Origin: Eledone cirrhosa
Lineage: Eukaryota
DNA length: 64,000 bases
Assembly (NCBI GenBank): GCA_964016885.1
Contig: OZ024751.1
Span: 31,372,001 to 31,436,000 of the forward strand
Reading direction: 5' to 3'
The position numbers and the translations under genes were made by a program. The notes below the pieces were generated by a model. The model had not been told where the DNA came from. It was given only the letters and a program-made list of their open reading frames with translations, and ran no database searches. Below, in pieces: positions 24,517 through 38,680 of the stretch (positions are counted from its first letter, which is position 1; each line of letters starts with the position of its first letter).

Positions 24517-25847
24517 GTTCTTGGTTGTAGATGTGGTGGTGGAGAATGTGGTGGTGTTGTTGTTGGTGGCAGTGGCAGTAGTGTTTTTACATCAATGGAA
24601 CAACCTGCTCATTAAATGAGCAGGTAAGTGGCTGAGCATCCCAGATACTCAGTTTTGTTACGCACTATCATCATCGTTTAAAGTCCATTTTTCATGCTAG
24701 CATGGGTTAGACGAGTTGTCCCGTTGTGAGATAAGCCAGATCGGAGGACCATGTTTTTGCTCACACAGAACTGATTTGGGCTTGATTTCTGTGGCTGAAT
24801 GCCCTTCCTAATGCCAACCACATTTATAGTGTGCTTTTTGGCGTGATACCTACACGGACGTGCTGAATCTCCCTGAGAGCTACATTAAGGGTGCACGTGT
24901 CTTTAGAATGCTCAGTCACTTGCACATTAATTTCTCAAGCAGGCAGTTCTGATTGAATCAACTGAAGCACTCAGCCACCCAACAGTTACACAGACATTAA
25001 ATATCAGAAATATGGATTATTTGAAGAACATAATTCAGTAGAAAGTTGTACACATACATAGTAATAGGTTGGTGTTAGGAAGGGTATCCAGTCGTAGGGG
25101 TCATGTCAGAATGGAACATATGAGTGAGACACAGTCATCTGACATGTCTAGTCTCAGAATGTGACAACCCCTCAAACCCATGCAATTGTGGAAAATATAT
25201 GTTAAATGGTGACAATGATGATAATGTTCTTGTATGACATCTGTACAATGGTTAGAGAGACAGATGGAACTAGACTACAGCGGCATTTGTAGTTTTATAG
25301 ATTGCCTCAAGGCCACCGGGAAAATATCTGAGTGGGGCAATCCTAAACAACATGCAGCAGTGTCTAATCATGTCCCCACAGTCCCGTGCTGGGCTGTCTC
25401 TCATTTTCCATCAACGGAAATGCATGTGTGGATCCAAATAAGTAATGATAATGATGATATATTGGTGTATATGATAGTTTATATACATTCAAACAATGAG
25501 CATATATATATATTTATATATAAATATGTCACGTGACTAAACACCGTTTTAACAGTGAGGGGGGGGGGGGGCTTAAAACAACACGTGTTGTTTATAGGAA
25601 CTTGTCAACAGTAATATATATTGGTGAAAATGATACATGGGCTCCCAGCTTATCTGAGAGGGTGCCATAATAAAACACAGCGAGTGCAGTAGAATGCAAG
25701 GATGTATGTAAGCAGGATGCAGGCCCTCAACTTGTCTGAGAGGTCAGTGGCTCCTATTAAATACTGACATGGTCTGTGATGACCTGTCCAACCCTTGCTA
25801 GCAGATAAAACGGATGTTAGATAATGATGATGTTCATGATGATGATG

Positions 25848-25878
<31 letters not shown>

Positions 25879-26104
25879 TCTTTTCCTGAGTCCTGTATTT
25901 TCGTTGCTCTGGTGATGCGGCTGGACTGCCGATCGCTATATTTGATTTGCTAAGCTGTCTAAACGTATTGTTATTACTCTGGGGTACTTCTCCCCATCCG
26001 AGTGCTAAAGCTACAGACCGAATTTGCATTCGTTAGTTTGGCCGCGAAAACTAAAGCTTCGTTAATGCTGTACTAAACTTTGTATATATATATATATATA
26101 TTTG

Positions 26105-26148
<44 letters not shown>

Positions 26149-26174
26149 CATACACACACACACATATACACACC

Positions 26175-26395
26175 CACAACAAAAACGCCCAGTCCACACT
26201 TTAAAGTGTCACAATAAAAAGCACCCAGCTGACACTATAACTGTAGTTGGCGTTAGGAAGGGTATCCAGCTGAGGAAACCAAGCCAGAATCAGTTCTGTA
26301 TGAGCAAGACACAGTCATCTGACTCACCTCACAATGGGACTACTCGTCTAACCCATGCTAATGTGGAAAAATGGATATTAAATGATGATGATGAT
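26175..26395 (+). mobile_element. S1 SINE 3' half, diverged
   Basis: AAAAAGCACCCAGC..., GGCGTTAGGAAGGGTATCCAGC, CGTCTAACCCATGCTAATGTGG, (GAT)n. Confidence 0.75.
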
Positions 26396-26524
26396 ATATA
26401 TTTTTAAAGTATCTTGAAGCTGTCTAAAGTACAGACAATATTATGGCATTAAGAGATACATATTTAATTTTTAATTTATATTCTATACATTTCATATAAA
26501 CATATCCATGATTTAAACATTCAT

Positions 26525-26916
26525 ACATACACATGCTCCCCCCCACCCCCACACACACACACACACATACATACACATGCTCTCCCCTCCCCCACACACA
26601 CATACACATGCTCTCCCCCCACACACACACGCTCCCCCCACACCCACACACACATACATACACATGCCCCCCACACACACATACACATGCTCCCCCCCAC
26701 ACACACACACATACACATGCTCTCCCCCCCCCACATACATACACATGCCCCCCCCCACACACACACACATACACATGCTCTCCCCCCCACACACATACAT
26801 ACACATGCTCCCCCCCCCCCACACACATGCCCCCCCCCACACACACACACATACACATGCTCTCCCCCCCACACATACATACACATGCCCCCCCACCCCC
26901 CCCCACACACACACCC
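26525..26916. repeat. CATACACATGC-(C)n-(AC)n compound minisatellite
   Basis: About 12 units of ACACATGC(T)(C)5-11 ACAC; G-runs on the minus strand. Confidence 0.85.
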
Positions 26917-27113
26917 TATTCATAATCAGAGTATGTTAGTGAAAAACTATACCTATAAATTTCATACTCCTCAGTATTTATAAACATATTGCTGTCATTT
27001 ATACACATGCCACACACTAATATATATATTATATATAATTACCATTTAAACATTCAGACATGTGTACAGCCTTATATATACACTATTATGTTATATATAT
27101 CACATATTTAAAT

Positions 27114-27214
<101 letters not shown>

Positions 27215-27219
27215 TATAG

Positions 27220-27260
<41 letters not shown>

Positions 27261-28037
27261 CACATATATATACATGTATATATATACATATACATACATA
27301 TATATACATACACATATATATACATGTATATATATACATATACATACATATATATACATACACATATATATATATACATATATATATACATATACATTCA
27401 TATACATACATACATATATATATATATATACATATACATTCATATACATACATACATATATATATATATATACATATACATTCATATACATACATATATA
27501 TATATATATACATATACATTCATATACATACATATATATATATATACATATACATTCATATACATACATATATATATATATATACATATACATTCATATA
27601 CATATATATATATATATATACATACATATACATATATATATATATACATACATATACATATATATATATATACATACATATACATATATATATATACATA
27701 CATATACATATATATATATACATACATATACATATATATATATATACATACATATACATATATATATATATACATACATATACATATATATATATATACA
27801 TACATATACATATATATATATATACATACATATACATATATATATATATACATACATATATATATATATACATATACATACATATACATATATATATATA
27901 TACATACATATATATATATATACATACATATACATATATATATATATACATACATATACATATATATATATATACATACATATACATATATATATATATA
28001 CATACATATACATATATATATATATACATACATATAC

Positions 28038-28210
28038 ATCATCATCATCATCATCATCATCATCAGGTTTAGCGTCCAAGTTCCACGCTTGCATGGGTTT
28101 GGACGGGGGTTTTCCCACTTGAGGCAAGAGTGGTTGTCTTGCTCGCATAGGACTGTCTGGCGGGTTTTCTACAGTTGGATGCCCTTCCTAACACCAACCA
28201 CATTTACATA
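28038..28210 (-). mobile_element. RTE family A 3'-terminal fragment
   Basis: Reverse complement matches 32670-32830 (GCGAGCAAGACAACCACTCTTGCCTCAAGTGGGAAAACCCCCGTCCAAACCCATGC); (GAT)n tail. Confidence 0.9.
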
Positions 28211-28241
28211 TATATATATATATACATATATATACATATAC

Positions 28242-28275
<34 letters not shown>

Positions 28276-28307
28276 ATATATACATATACATATATATATA
28301 CATATAC

Positions 28308-28339
<32 letters not shown>

Positions 28340-28727
28340 ATACATATACATATATATATATATATACATACATATATATATATATACATACATTTCTGAA
28401 TTTGTTTAGCAAGATTCTTTATCTGAAATCGTGTGTTGAAACCGATATTGTTATACTTTGGGAGGGTCATGTTGCCAATAAGAAACACAACCAACCAACC
28501 AGAAATTTATAAATTTGTAAATTTATAAATATTTTTAATAAATTAAATTGAAGTGAAAGCAACTGGTGCGTGTGTTTCTTATTGGCAACATGACCCTCCC
28601 AAAGTATAACAATATATACATACATATATATATATATATACATACATATATATATATATACATATATATATACATACATATATATATATACATACATATA
28701 TATATATATACATATATATATACATAC

Positions 28728-28758
<31 letters not shown>

Positions 28759-28779
28759 CATATATATATATACATATAC

Positions 28780-28812
<33 letters not shown>

Positions 28813-28847
28813 CATACATATATATATATATATACATACATATATAT

Positions 28848-28878
<31 letters not shown>

Positions 28879-28962
28879 CATACATACATACATATATACA
28901 TACATACATATATATATACATACATACATATATATATACATACATATATATATACATACATA

Positions 28963-29064
<102 letters not shown>

Positions 29065-29125
29065 CATTCATATATATATATATATATACATACATATATA
29101 TATATACATACATATATATATATAC

Positions 29126-29156
<31 letters not shown>

Positions 29157-29157
29157 C

Positions 29158-29188
<31 letters not shown>

Positions 29189-29287
29189 CATACATATATA
29201 TATATATACATACATATATATATACATACATATATATATATACATACATACATACATACATATATATATATACATACATATATATAT

Positions 29288-29318
<31 letters not shown>

Positions 29319-29477
29319 CATACATATATATATATATACATACATATATATATATACATACATATATATATATATACATACATATATATATATATACATA
29401 CATATATATATATATACATACATATATATATATATACATACATATATATATATATACATACATATATATATACATAA

Positions 29478-30058
29478 CTTTGAAATGTTTTGGCCAGTAT
29501 TGGCCCAGGCCATGTCTAACTTAATAGCACCACCTGGCGAAGTCTTTCAATTCAGGATTTGGGCACCATGGCCCATTCGAGAAGAGAATTACTGTTTGCG
29601 GAGACATATCCGGGTGTGGGTGGTTTGTCCGGGATTACTTGGAGGAATTTGTCCAAAGACTTCTTGAATTTTGTGTGGTCAGTTTCTGTTTTGACGTGTC
29701 CTGGTGTGATGTTGAAGAGAGCAGGGCCGATTGAGGTGAAATAATTGTGCCGTATTGTTGTTATGAGTTGCGATTTAGATTTTTGAATGGGACGGATAGC
29801 ACGGGGCCCAAGCCTTGGGTGTATCTTGAAGGTGATGCCAACATCATTTGGGCAGTGATGATGGAACATTTTCCACATCATGCAGATAATATAACGCTCA
29901 CGGCGACGTTGGAGTGAGTAAAGTTTCAGGTTTTCTAATCGACCCCAGTAGTCAAGGTCTGACATGCCATCTATCTTTTTCGTGATTGCCCTTTGAGGAG
30001 CTTCAAGTTTCATGATACTTTGTTTCGTGTGGGGAGACCACAGTGGACAACAGTATTC
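29478..30058 (-). mobile_element. CR1/Jockey-group LINE, ORF2 C-terminus and 3' end
   Basis: [10 protein letters not shown]...[39 protein letters not shown]...FKKSLDKFL, typical of the post-RT region of CR1-group ORF2. Confidence 0.88.
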
Positions 30059-30286
30059 ATATACATACATATATATATATATATACATACATACATACAT
30101 ACATATATATATATACATATATATATACATACATATATACATATATACATACATATATATATACATACATATATACATATATACATACATATATATATAT
30201 ATACATATATATATACATATACATACATATATATATACATACATATACATATATACATATACATGCATATATATATATATATATAT

Positions 30287-30317
<31 letters not shown>

Positions 30318-30384
30318 CATACATATATATATATATACATACATATATATATATATATATACATACATATATATATATATATAT

Positions 30385-30429
<45 letters not shown>

Positions 30430-30488
30430 CATATATATATATACATATACATATATACATATACATTCATATACATATACATTCATAT

Positions 30489-30532
<44 letters not shown>

Positions 30533-30891
30533 TCATATATATATATACATATACATTCATATATATACATTCATATATATATATATATATATACATATAC
30601 ATTCATATATATATATATACATATACATTCATATATATATATATACATATACATTCATATATATATATATACATATACATTCATATATATATATATACAT
30701 ATACATTCATATATATATATATACATATACATTCATATATATATATATATATACATTCATATATATATATATACATATACATTCATATATATATATATAC
30801 ATATACATTCATATATATATATATACATATATATTCATATATATATATATATATACATTCATATATATATATATATATATATACATATACA

Positions 30892-30929
<38 letters not shown>

Positions 30930-31014
30930 CATTCATATACATTCATATATATATATATATACATTCATATATATATATACATATACATTCATATATATAT
31001 ATACATATACATTC

Positions 31015-31045
<31 letters not shown>

Positions 31046-31106
31046 CATTCATATATATATATATATACATATACATTCATATATATATATATATACATAT
31101 ACATTC

Positions 31107-32831
31107 GGAGAAAGCCTTTGACAGAGTCCCCCGTTCCATTATCTGGTGGGCTCTTAGAAAATTAGGTGTTGACGAATGTCTTGTGAGAGCTTTACAAGCC
31201 GTGTATAAAGAAACAGTCAGTAAGGTTAGAATTAAGAACGAATATAGTGAAGAGTTTAGCGTAAAAGTTGGTGTCCATCAGGGCTCTGTTCTTAGCCCCT
31301 ACTATTTATTATTGCCCTTCAGGCTATAACAGAGGAGTTCAAGACCGGCTGCCCATGGGAACTCCTATACGCAGATGATCTAACGCTCATAGCTGAATCA
31401 ATGACCGAACTAGAGAAGAAATTCCAAACATGGAAGCACGGCCTAGAATCAAAAGGCCTTAAAATTAACCTGGCTAAGACTAAAGTTCTAGTTTGTAGGA
31501 AAGAAAATAAGGCGGCGGTCCCTTCTGGGAAATGGCCATGCTCAGTGTGTAGGAAAGGCGTAGGTAGAAACTCCATTTTATGTCCCAAATGCAAAGTATG
31601 GGTGCATAAAAGATGTAGTGGGATCACAGGTAAGCTAACTAAGAACATAGATTTTACATGTGGCCGGTGCTCTGGTGCAATAAGTAGCAGCAAGTACCCA
31701 CAAAATACTAGCTCCTTCAACTGCGCAGAGGGTTCTATAGAAATAGTGGACAGCTTCCGTTACCTGGGTGACAAAATCAGCAGTGGGGGAGGGTGCTCTG
31801 AAAGTACAGTAGCTAGAGTCAGAACTGGATGGAAAAAGTTCAGAGAGCTTATACCACTATTAGCCGCTAGAGGGTTCTCCCTAAAAATGAAAGGCAGGTT
31901 ATACGATGCCTGCATACGAACAGCAATGCTGCATGGCAGTGAGACCTGGGCATTGTGTGCAGAGGATATACGCAGACTAGAGAGGAACGAAGCTTGCATG
32001 CTCCGCTGGATGTGCAATAGTAATATACGTGAACGGCAAAGCATAAACGAACTAAGGAAAAAATTAGAAATAAGAGGGATCAGATGTTGTTTACTCGAGA
32101 GAAGGCTACGTTGGTACGGTCACGTGATGCGCATGAAAGACGACAGCTGTATAACAAAGTGCAGGGCAATAAAGATAGACGGTAGCCACGGAGTAGGCAC
32201 ACCCAGAAAAACCTGGGACAACATGATAAATTCCGACCTCACACGCTTACACCTCTCCAAGACGATGTCACTGGACCGAGACCTTTGGCGGTACTCAGTA
32301 ATAGAGAAGACCCGCCTTACCTAAATACAAAGTAAAAACCTACTACAGTCAGTAGGCATCTCTATCAAAACACACCCCCGTCCCACCACCTCAACCCCAT
32401 CCACACCACCCCTTTCAATGTAAAGTTATGTTGGTCCCACAACATCCAGGCCGAAACAAATGAGATTGTGTAGGTGTCACGACAAAAAAACACACAGTCC
32501 ACGCTGTAAATGTGGCCGTGTAGGCAACACGGTAAAAACCTCCCAGCCCCACACTGTAAATGTGGTTGGTGTTAGGAAGGGCATCCAGCTGTAGAAAACC
32601 CGCCAGACAGTCCACGCTGTAATGTGGCCGTGTAGGCAACACGGTAAAAACCCCCTAGCCCCACACTGTAAATGTGGTTGGTGTTAGAAAGGGCATCCAG
32701 CTGTAGAAAACCCGCCAGACAGTCCTATGCGAGCAAGACAACCACTCTTGCCTCAAGTGGGAAAACCCCCGTCCAAACCCATGCAACCGTGGAACACGGA
32801 CGCTAAACCTGATGATGATGATGATGATGAT
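31107..32831 (+). mobile_element. RTE-clade LINE family A, 5'-truncated (RT, PHD-type insert, 3' UTR)
   Basis: [18 protein letters not shown] (frameshift about 31298), LLYADDL, INLAKTK, FRYLG, RLRWYGHV; 3' UTR with an internal duplication; (GAT)n tail. Confidence 0.95.
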
Positions 32832-32886
32832 TCATATATATATATATATACATACACATATACATTCATATATATATACATATACA

Positions 32887-32926
<40 letters not shown>

Positions 32927-32938
32927 TATACATATACA

Positions 32939-32980
<42 letters not shown>

Positions 32981-33373
32981 TATACATATACATTCATATA
33001 TATATATACATACACAAATATATACATATACATTTATATATATATATATATATACATACACAAATATATACATATACATTCATATATATATATATATACA
33101 CATATATATTCATATATATATACATACACATATATATACATATATATATATACATACACATACATATATATATACATACACATATATATATATATACATA
33201 CACATATATATACATATATATATATACATACACATACATATATATATATATATATACATACACATATATATACATATATATATATACATACACATACATA
33301 TATATATATATATATACATACACATATACATATATATATACATACACATACATATATATATATACATACACAT

Positions 33374-33414
<41 letters not shown>

Positions 33415-33543
33415 CGTTCATATATATATATACATTCATACACATACATATATATATATATATATATACATTCATATATATATATACATTCATACACATA
33501 CATATATATATATATATATATACATTCATATATATACATTCAT

Positions 33544-33576
<33 letters not shown>

Positions 33577-33601
33577 CATTCATATATATATATACATTCA
33601 T

Positions 33602-33633
<32 letters not shown>

Positions 33634-33670
33634 ATTCATATACATACATATATATATATATATATATACA

Positions 33671-33722
<52 letters not shown>

Positions 33723-33933
33723 CACATTCATATATATATATACATATACATTTATATATATATATACATATACATTCATATATATATATATACATATACA
33801 TATATATATATATACATTCATATATATATATATACATACACATATATATATATACATACACATATATATACATATACATACATATATACATATATATATA
33901 TATACATATACATATATATACATATACATATAC

Positions 33934-33976
<43 letters not shown>

Positions 33977-34119
33977 CATTCATATATATATATACATATA
34001 CATTCATATATATATATACATATACATTCATATATATATTTATATACGTACATACACATATATATACATATATATATATACATACACATATATATACATA
34101 TATATATATATATACATAC

Positions 34120-34150
<31 letters not shown>

Positions 34151-34155
34151 TACAC

Positions 34156-34188
<33 letters not shown>

Positions 34189-34810
34189 CATATACATTCA
34201 TATATATATATATATATACATATACATTCATATATATATATATACACACACATACATATATACATATATATATTATATATACATATACACACACACATAC
34301 ATATATACATATATATATTATATATATATACACACACATACATATATACATATATATTATATATACATATATATATACACACACACACACATATATATAT
34401 TATATATATATATACACACACACACACATATATACATATATTATATATATATACACACACACACATATATACATATATATTATATATATATATACACACA
34501 CACATATATACATATATATATATATATTATATATATATATATACATACACATATATACATATATATATATATATATTATATATATATATACATACACACA
34601 TATATATATATATATTATATATATATACATACATATACACACATATATATATATATATTATATATATATACATACATATACACATATATATATATATATA
34701 TTATATATATATATACATACACACATATATATATATATTATATATATATACATACATATACACATATATATATTATATATATATATACATACATATATAC
34801 ACACATATAT
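32832..34810. repeat. (TA)n/(TACA)n microsatellite field
   Basis: Direct inspection. Confidence 0.95.
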
Positions 34811-36247
34811 ACATAATACTATATTGTATATATCATCGACATTTAAATTAAACAGTCACACATACATACACACACATGTACACATATAACTCAAAACATA
34901 CACCTCCACACATACAATAACATCCATACCTGCACACACATGTATACATATCTACCTAGTTGATGTGTAAATTCCAATAGAGTCTTGTATTTATGGTAGA
35001 AACGGACTCTCTTGGTAAAAATTTGTGAAATTATAAAACCAGAACATACATACTCACACAATATATCACTGGACTTGTTAGAAACAGCAGCCAAAGTTCT
35101 CAACAAAACATATACCCATCTTTATAATGAAGTCCCAAGTTAATTCCATTTCTGAAGAAATGGTTGGTCACGGCTGAATGCTTTTAACCATAGGTCAGTT
35201 TTGATCAGGAATGGCTTGAGGCTGTTGTTCATGGATGAAATGCCTCCGACCATAGGTCACCCTATCTTTGTAAATAGCCTCAGTGTAATGTGTATGACAG
35301 AGATCAGGGGGAAGTGGGTGTTGCTCTATATGTGCAATATATGTATACATGCATTGCAACAGACACACTCATTTCAATGCAATTAACTCCATCAAATAAA
35401 TATAAAAGACAATTTTGTTTAACTATGCCTGTGTGTTTTTTATGCATGTGTGTACATATAACAGCATGTCTCCATGCACACGTGCATACATCTGCATGCA
35501 CACATGTGTGCACACATCAGCATATCTGCATGTGTATACATACATCAGCAAGTCTACATGCACATGTCTGGGTATGTATGTGTGCATGCATATGTCTGCA
35601 TGTATGCATATTTGCATGTATGCATATATGCATGTATGTATGTCTGTATGCATCTATGTGTGAATGTCTGCGAGTTTATAATGCATGTATGCACATATAT
35701 TGATGTAGGTGTATGTATATATGTACATGCATATGTGTATTTATGTATGTATGTGTGTTTGCATGTTTATAAACATTTGTTTAAAAAGATGGTTTCTTGT
35801 TTATGTAAACCTATTAGTTAACTTAGTAACTAAGTTACAAACATACAGTATGTATATGTGTGAAGTATTAGTACATACAGTGTAAACTTAGTTTTCTTAG
35901 TAACTAAATAGTTACTAACATACAGTATGGATGGAGTCACTTTACCCATTTAAAAACCACACAAAATATCTTACCTTATTTTATAATTATCAAAATATAT
36001 ATGCACACATATATATATATATAATATAATGAAATTATTGTGTACAGTGCTCAGGTGCACTACAACTCATCAAAGGTGCATGTATAGTACATAGAATAAT
36101 GTACAAATGTCAGGAAAATAAACATATATAATATAATATAAATATATATGTGTATGTGTGTGTAATGTATATGTATACATACATGATGTTGATGAACACC
36201 AGAATGAATATTCAATACTAGAACAATAAACATTATTATAGCTAAGT

Positions 36248-36411
36248 GACTCTTGTCTGATGATCCTGTAAATACACATGAAACTGAAGAGTAATAAAGA
36301 ATATATACACACACACACACTATACACTAACACACATATATATATTCTTTATTATGGCTAAGTGACTCTTATCTGATGATCCTGTCAGTACACAGATGAA
36401 ACTGCACAGTC
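36248..36411 (+). ncRNA. Two tandem degenerate type I hammerhead motifs (family H2)
   Basis: GACTCTT.T-CTGATGA-TCCTGT...ACA..T-GAAACTG at 36248-36292 and 36364-36411. Copy 1 keeps stem I 3' AAGAGT; copy 2 keeps stem III ACTG-ca-CAGT-C. Confidence 0.55.
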
Positions 36412-36639
36412 AGTCTGTCTGTCTGTGCCTGTGCCTGTGTCTGCGTGTGTGTCCATAGTATGTATGTTCATATTTGTCTGGTTGGTACATCACAAGTAGA
36501 TGTTACACACACAAACACTGTCACAACACATACGTTGTTGTTGTTGTTCTATAGTGGTTGCACATCACGTGAAAATGCGTCAGCCATAGTAAGTAGGTAG
36601 GTAACTATCTTGGTAGGTAGATAGATAGATAGATAGATA

Positions 36640-37158
36640 CATTTGTTTATTAGCCACAAGGGCACAAAAGAAGGGGACAAATACAAATGGGGAGTTTACA
36701 TACAGGTATTTGAAATTAAAACTATTAATAAAATAACAAATAACAATTGAAATCCCCAATAGGGGGGAGGCGTTACACAGGGGTTGTACACACCCCGAAA
36801 AATGTACAACCCTCATCTCCAGGAGCACCAAGAGTGAGTACTCCCTTCCTCTCTTCCTCTTTTTCCTCAACCTACAGGCTTATATAGAGAGAAGGCCCAA
36901 CCACTCGGGCCATCTTTGGCACATTCACCCACCTTTTATAAAACTTGCTGGGGTACAGCACCTCTCTCTCCATCCTGATTCTTCTTCCAAAATGATATTT
37001 GAAAAAACGAATCAGTTGTTCGCTGGAGAGAAAGGTGTCTGACCTCAGCCCTTTTAACCTCGTCGACCATATAACTTCTTTCACCATAGCCATTTCCACA
37101 TAGGAAAACCGCCTCTCCCTCATTTTTGAAGGAGGGTGGCGGTTTGATCATGACAATG
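36640..37158 (-). mobile_element. Tx1/L1-like LINE 3' fragment inside (GATA)n
   Basis: Minus-strand ORF end ...MVKEVIWSTRLKG...LIRFFKYHFGRRIRMEREVL...FYKRWV, resembling L1/Tx1 ORF2 C-termini; 3' UTR ends AATAAACAAAT; GATA repeats on both sides. Confidence 0.7.
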
Positions 37159-37189
<31 letters not shown>

Positions 37190-37372
37190 TTCTTTATTTG
37201 CCACAAGGGCACACAAGAAAATGGGACAATACAAAGATATGCCAGGGATTTTACATACAGTTGTGTTAAAAATATAAACAAACAATTATAACAATCGAAA
37301 TCCTCAATAAGGGGGGAAGCGCCACAAATGGGTTGTTTAATACCCTGTAGATAGAACAACCCTCAACTCCAA
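37190..37372 (-). mobile_element. Second, shorter copy of the same Tx1/L1-like 3' UTR
   Basis: TTTATT.GCCACAAGGGCACA...TTTACATACAG...AAATCC.CAATA.GGGGG shared with 36645-36820; flanked by GATA repeats. Confidence 0.7.
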
Positions 37373-37934
37373 GATAGATAGGAAAGTGGGTAGGTAGATA
37401 GATAGGTAGAGAGGGAAGGATGTAGGTAGGGAGGTTGGTATGGATAGATAGGTAAGAAGGTAGGTGGGGAGATAGGTAGGTAGGAGGGTAGGTAGGGAGA
37501 TAGGTAGGTAGGGAGATAGGTAGGTAGGTAGGTAAATAGGCAGGAAGGTGGTTAGGTAAATAGGTAGGTTGGTTGGTAGGTAGGAAGGTAGATTGGTAGA
37601 CAGACAGATAGGTAGGTAGGTATGTAAGTAGCTAGATTGGTTGGTTGGTAGGTAGGTATGTAGGTAGGTAAGTAGGTAGGTAGAAAGGCAGATTGGTAGA
37701 CAGATATATAGGTAGATAGGTATGTTGATACAACTAAGCTTGCATGTGTTATGTCAGTCAACCGGTTGATTTCTCATTAGGTTCAAAACTAAATTTACCA
37801 ATTTAATTCACTAAGAATTTACCAACCTCCCTTCCCCCATTTTTCTCTACATTTCACCCCACTGCTGCCTTCTCTCTCTCTCTCTCTCTCGTGTGTTTTT
37901 TTTTAATCCTTCATCTTTAATTTTAGTACTTTAA

Positions 37935-38325
37935 CCCTTTAGTTTTTACATTACTCTATATATACTATTATATTTTAGGGCGGTGGATTGGCAGTATCGG
38001 TAGAGGGTCGGACGCCATGCTTTGACGCAGAGTTACGGTCCTTGCCATTCTGAGTTCAAATCCCGCCGAGGTTAACTTTGCCTTTCATCCTTACGGGGTC
38101 GATAAAATAAAGTACCAGTAATGCACTGGGTAATTGCTGGCCTTGTGCCAAAAGTAAAAACAATTATATTTTCATGGTAAAGACTTTATCTCACATAAAA
38201 TAAAATCTATGAGATTTAAATATTATTTATTTTGCGAACAATACTTTAACATCAGTATGAGTAGCCGGGTTACAGCTGATTTGAACAGAAAGATGTGACA
38301 GAATGGTGGGCCTGGATATGGCTCA
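37935..38325. mobile_element. piggyBac-type MITE interrupted by an S2 SINE, right end truncated
   Basis: TTAA|CCCTTTAG start; body resumes at 38163 matching the 8160/20967 copies. Confidence 0.8.
37977..38162 (+). mobile_element. S2 SINE, full length, with 10-bp TSD
   Basis: GGGCGGTGGATTGGCAGTATCGG head, GAGTTCAAATC B box, central domain; TSD ATTATATTTT at 37967-37976 and 38163-38172. Confidence 0.92.
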
Positions 38326-38329
38326 TGCC

Positions 38330-38680
38330 TCGAGTAACGTTACTCGATAGAGTGTGTAGATGAGAGATGAGCGAAGTCACTCCAGGTAGAGCCAATACCT
38401 TCTCCGAATTGAGAGATCACAGCTCCGGGTACTACGGACATGTGGTTAGAATGTCTCGGAGAAAGAATTGCTGGACAGATTTTATGGGCAAAAATCAACT
38501 GGCAGGGAGACCCAGGGGTAGACCCTCGAGCAAGATGGTTGAATAACATTCATGAGCTTGGCTGGTCTCGCTTGGGATCCAGCTGAATCAGTTAGAGATA
38601 GTTGCTTCTAACAGGACCTGCTGGGGCAGGAGTGTTTGAAGACGCTGCCCACACGGTCTTCTCGGGAAGAATAAGTGGGC
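38330..38680 (+). mobile_element. Degenerate RTE LINE 3' fragment (third family)
   Basis: Frameshifted RIERSQLR..YGHVVRMS...GRPRGRP..RW motifs. Confidence 0.7.

Noticed and set aside
21635-24619. Long poly-Pro/Gly/Val/Trp ORFs (formin-, extensin- or silk-like)
   Set aside because: Open in nearly all frames on both strands because (CCA)n has no stop codons; no synonymous variation or flanking domain.
34940-35155. Possible exon in unique sequence
   Set aside because: The minus-strand AG/GT-bounded segment has stops in all three frames; the plus-strand 48-codon frame has no recognisable homology.
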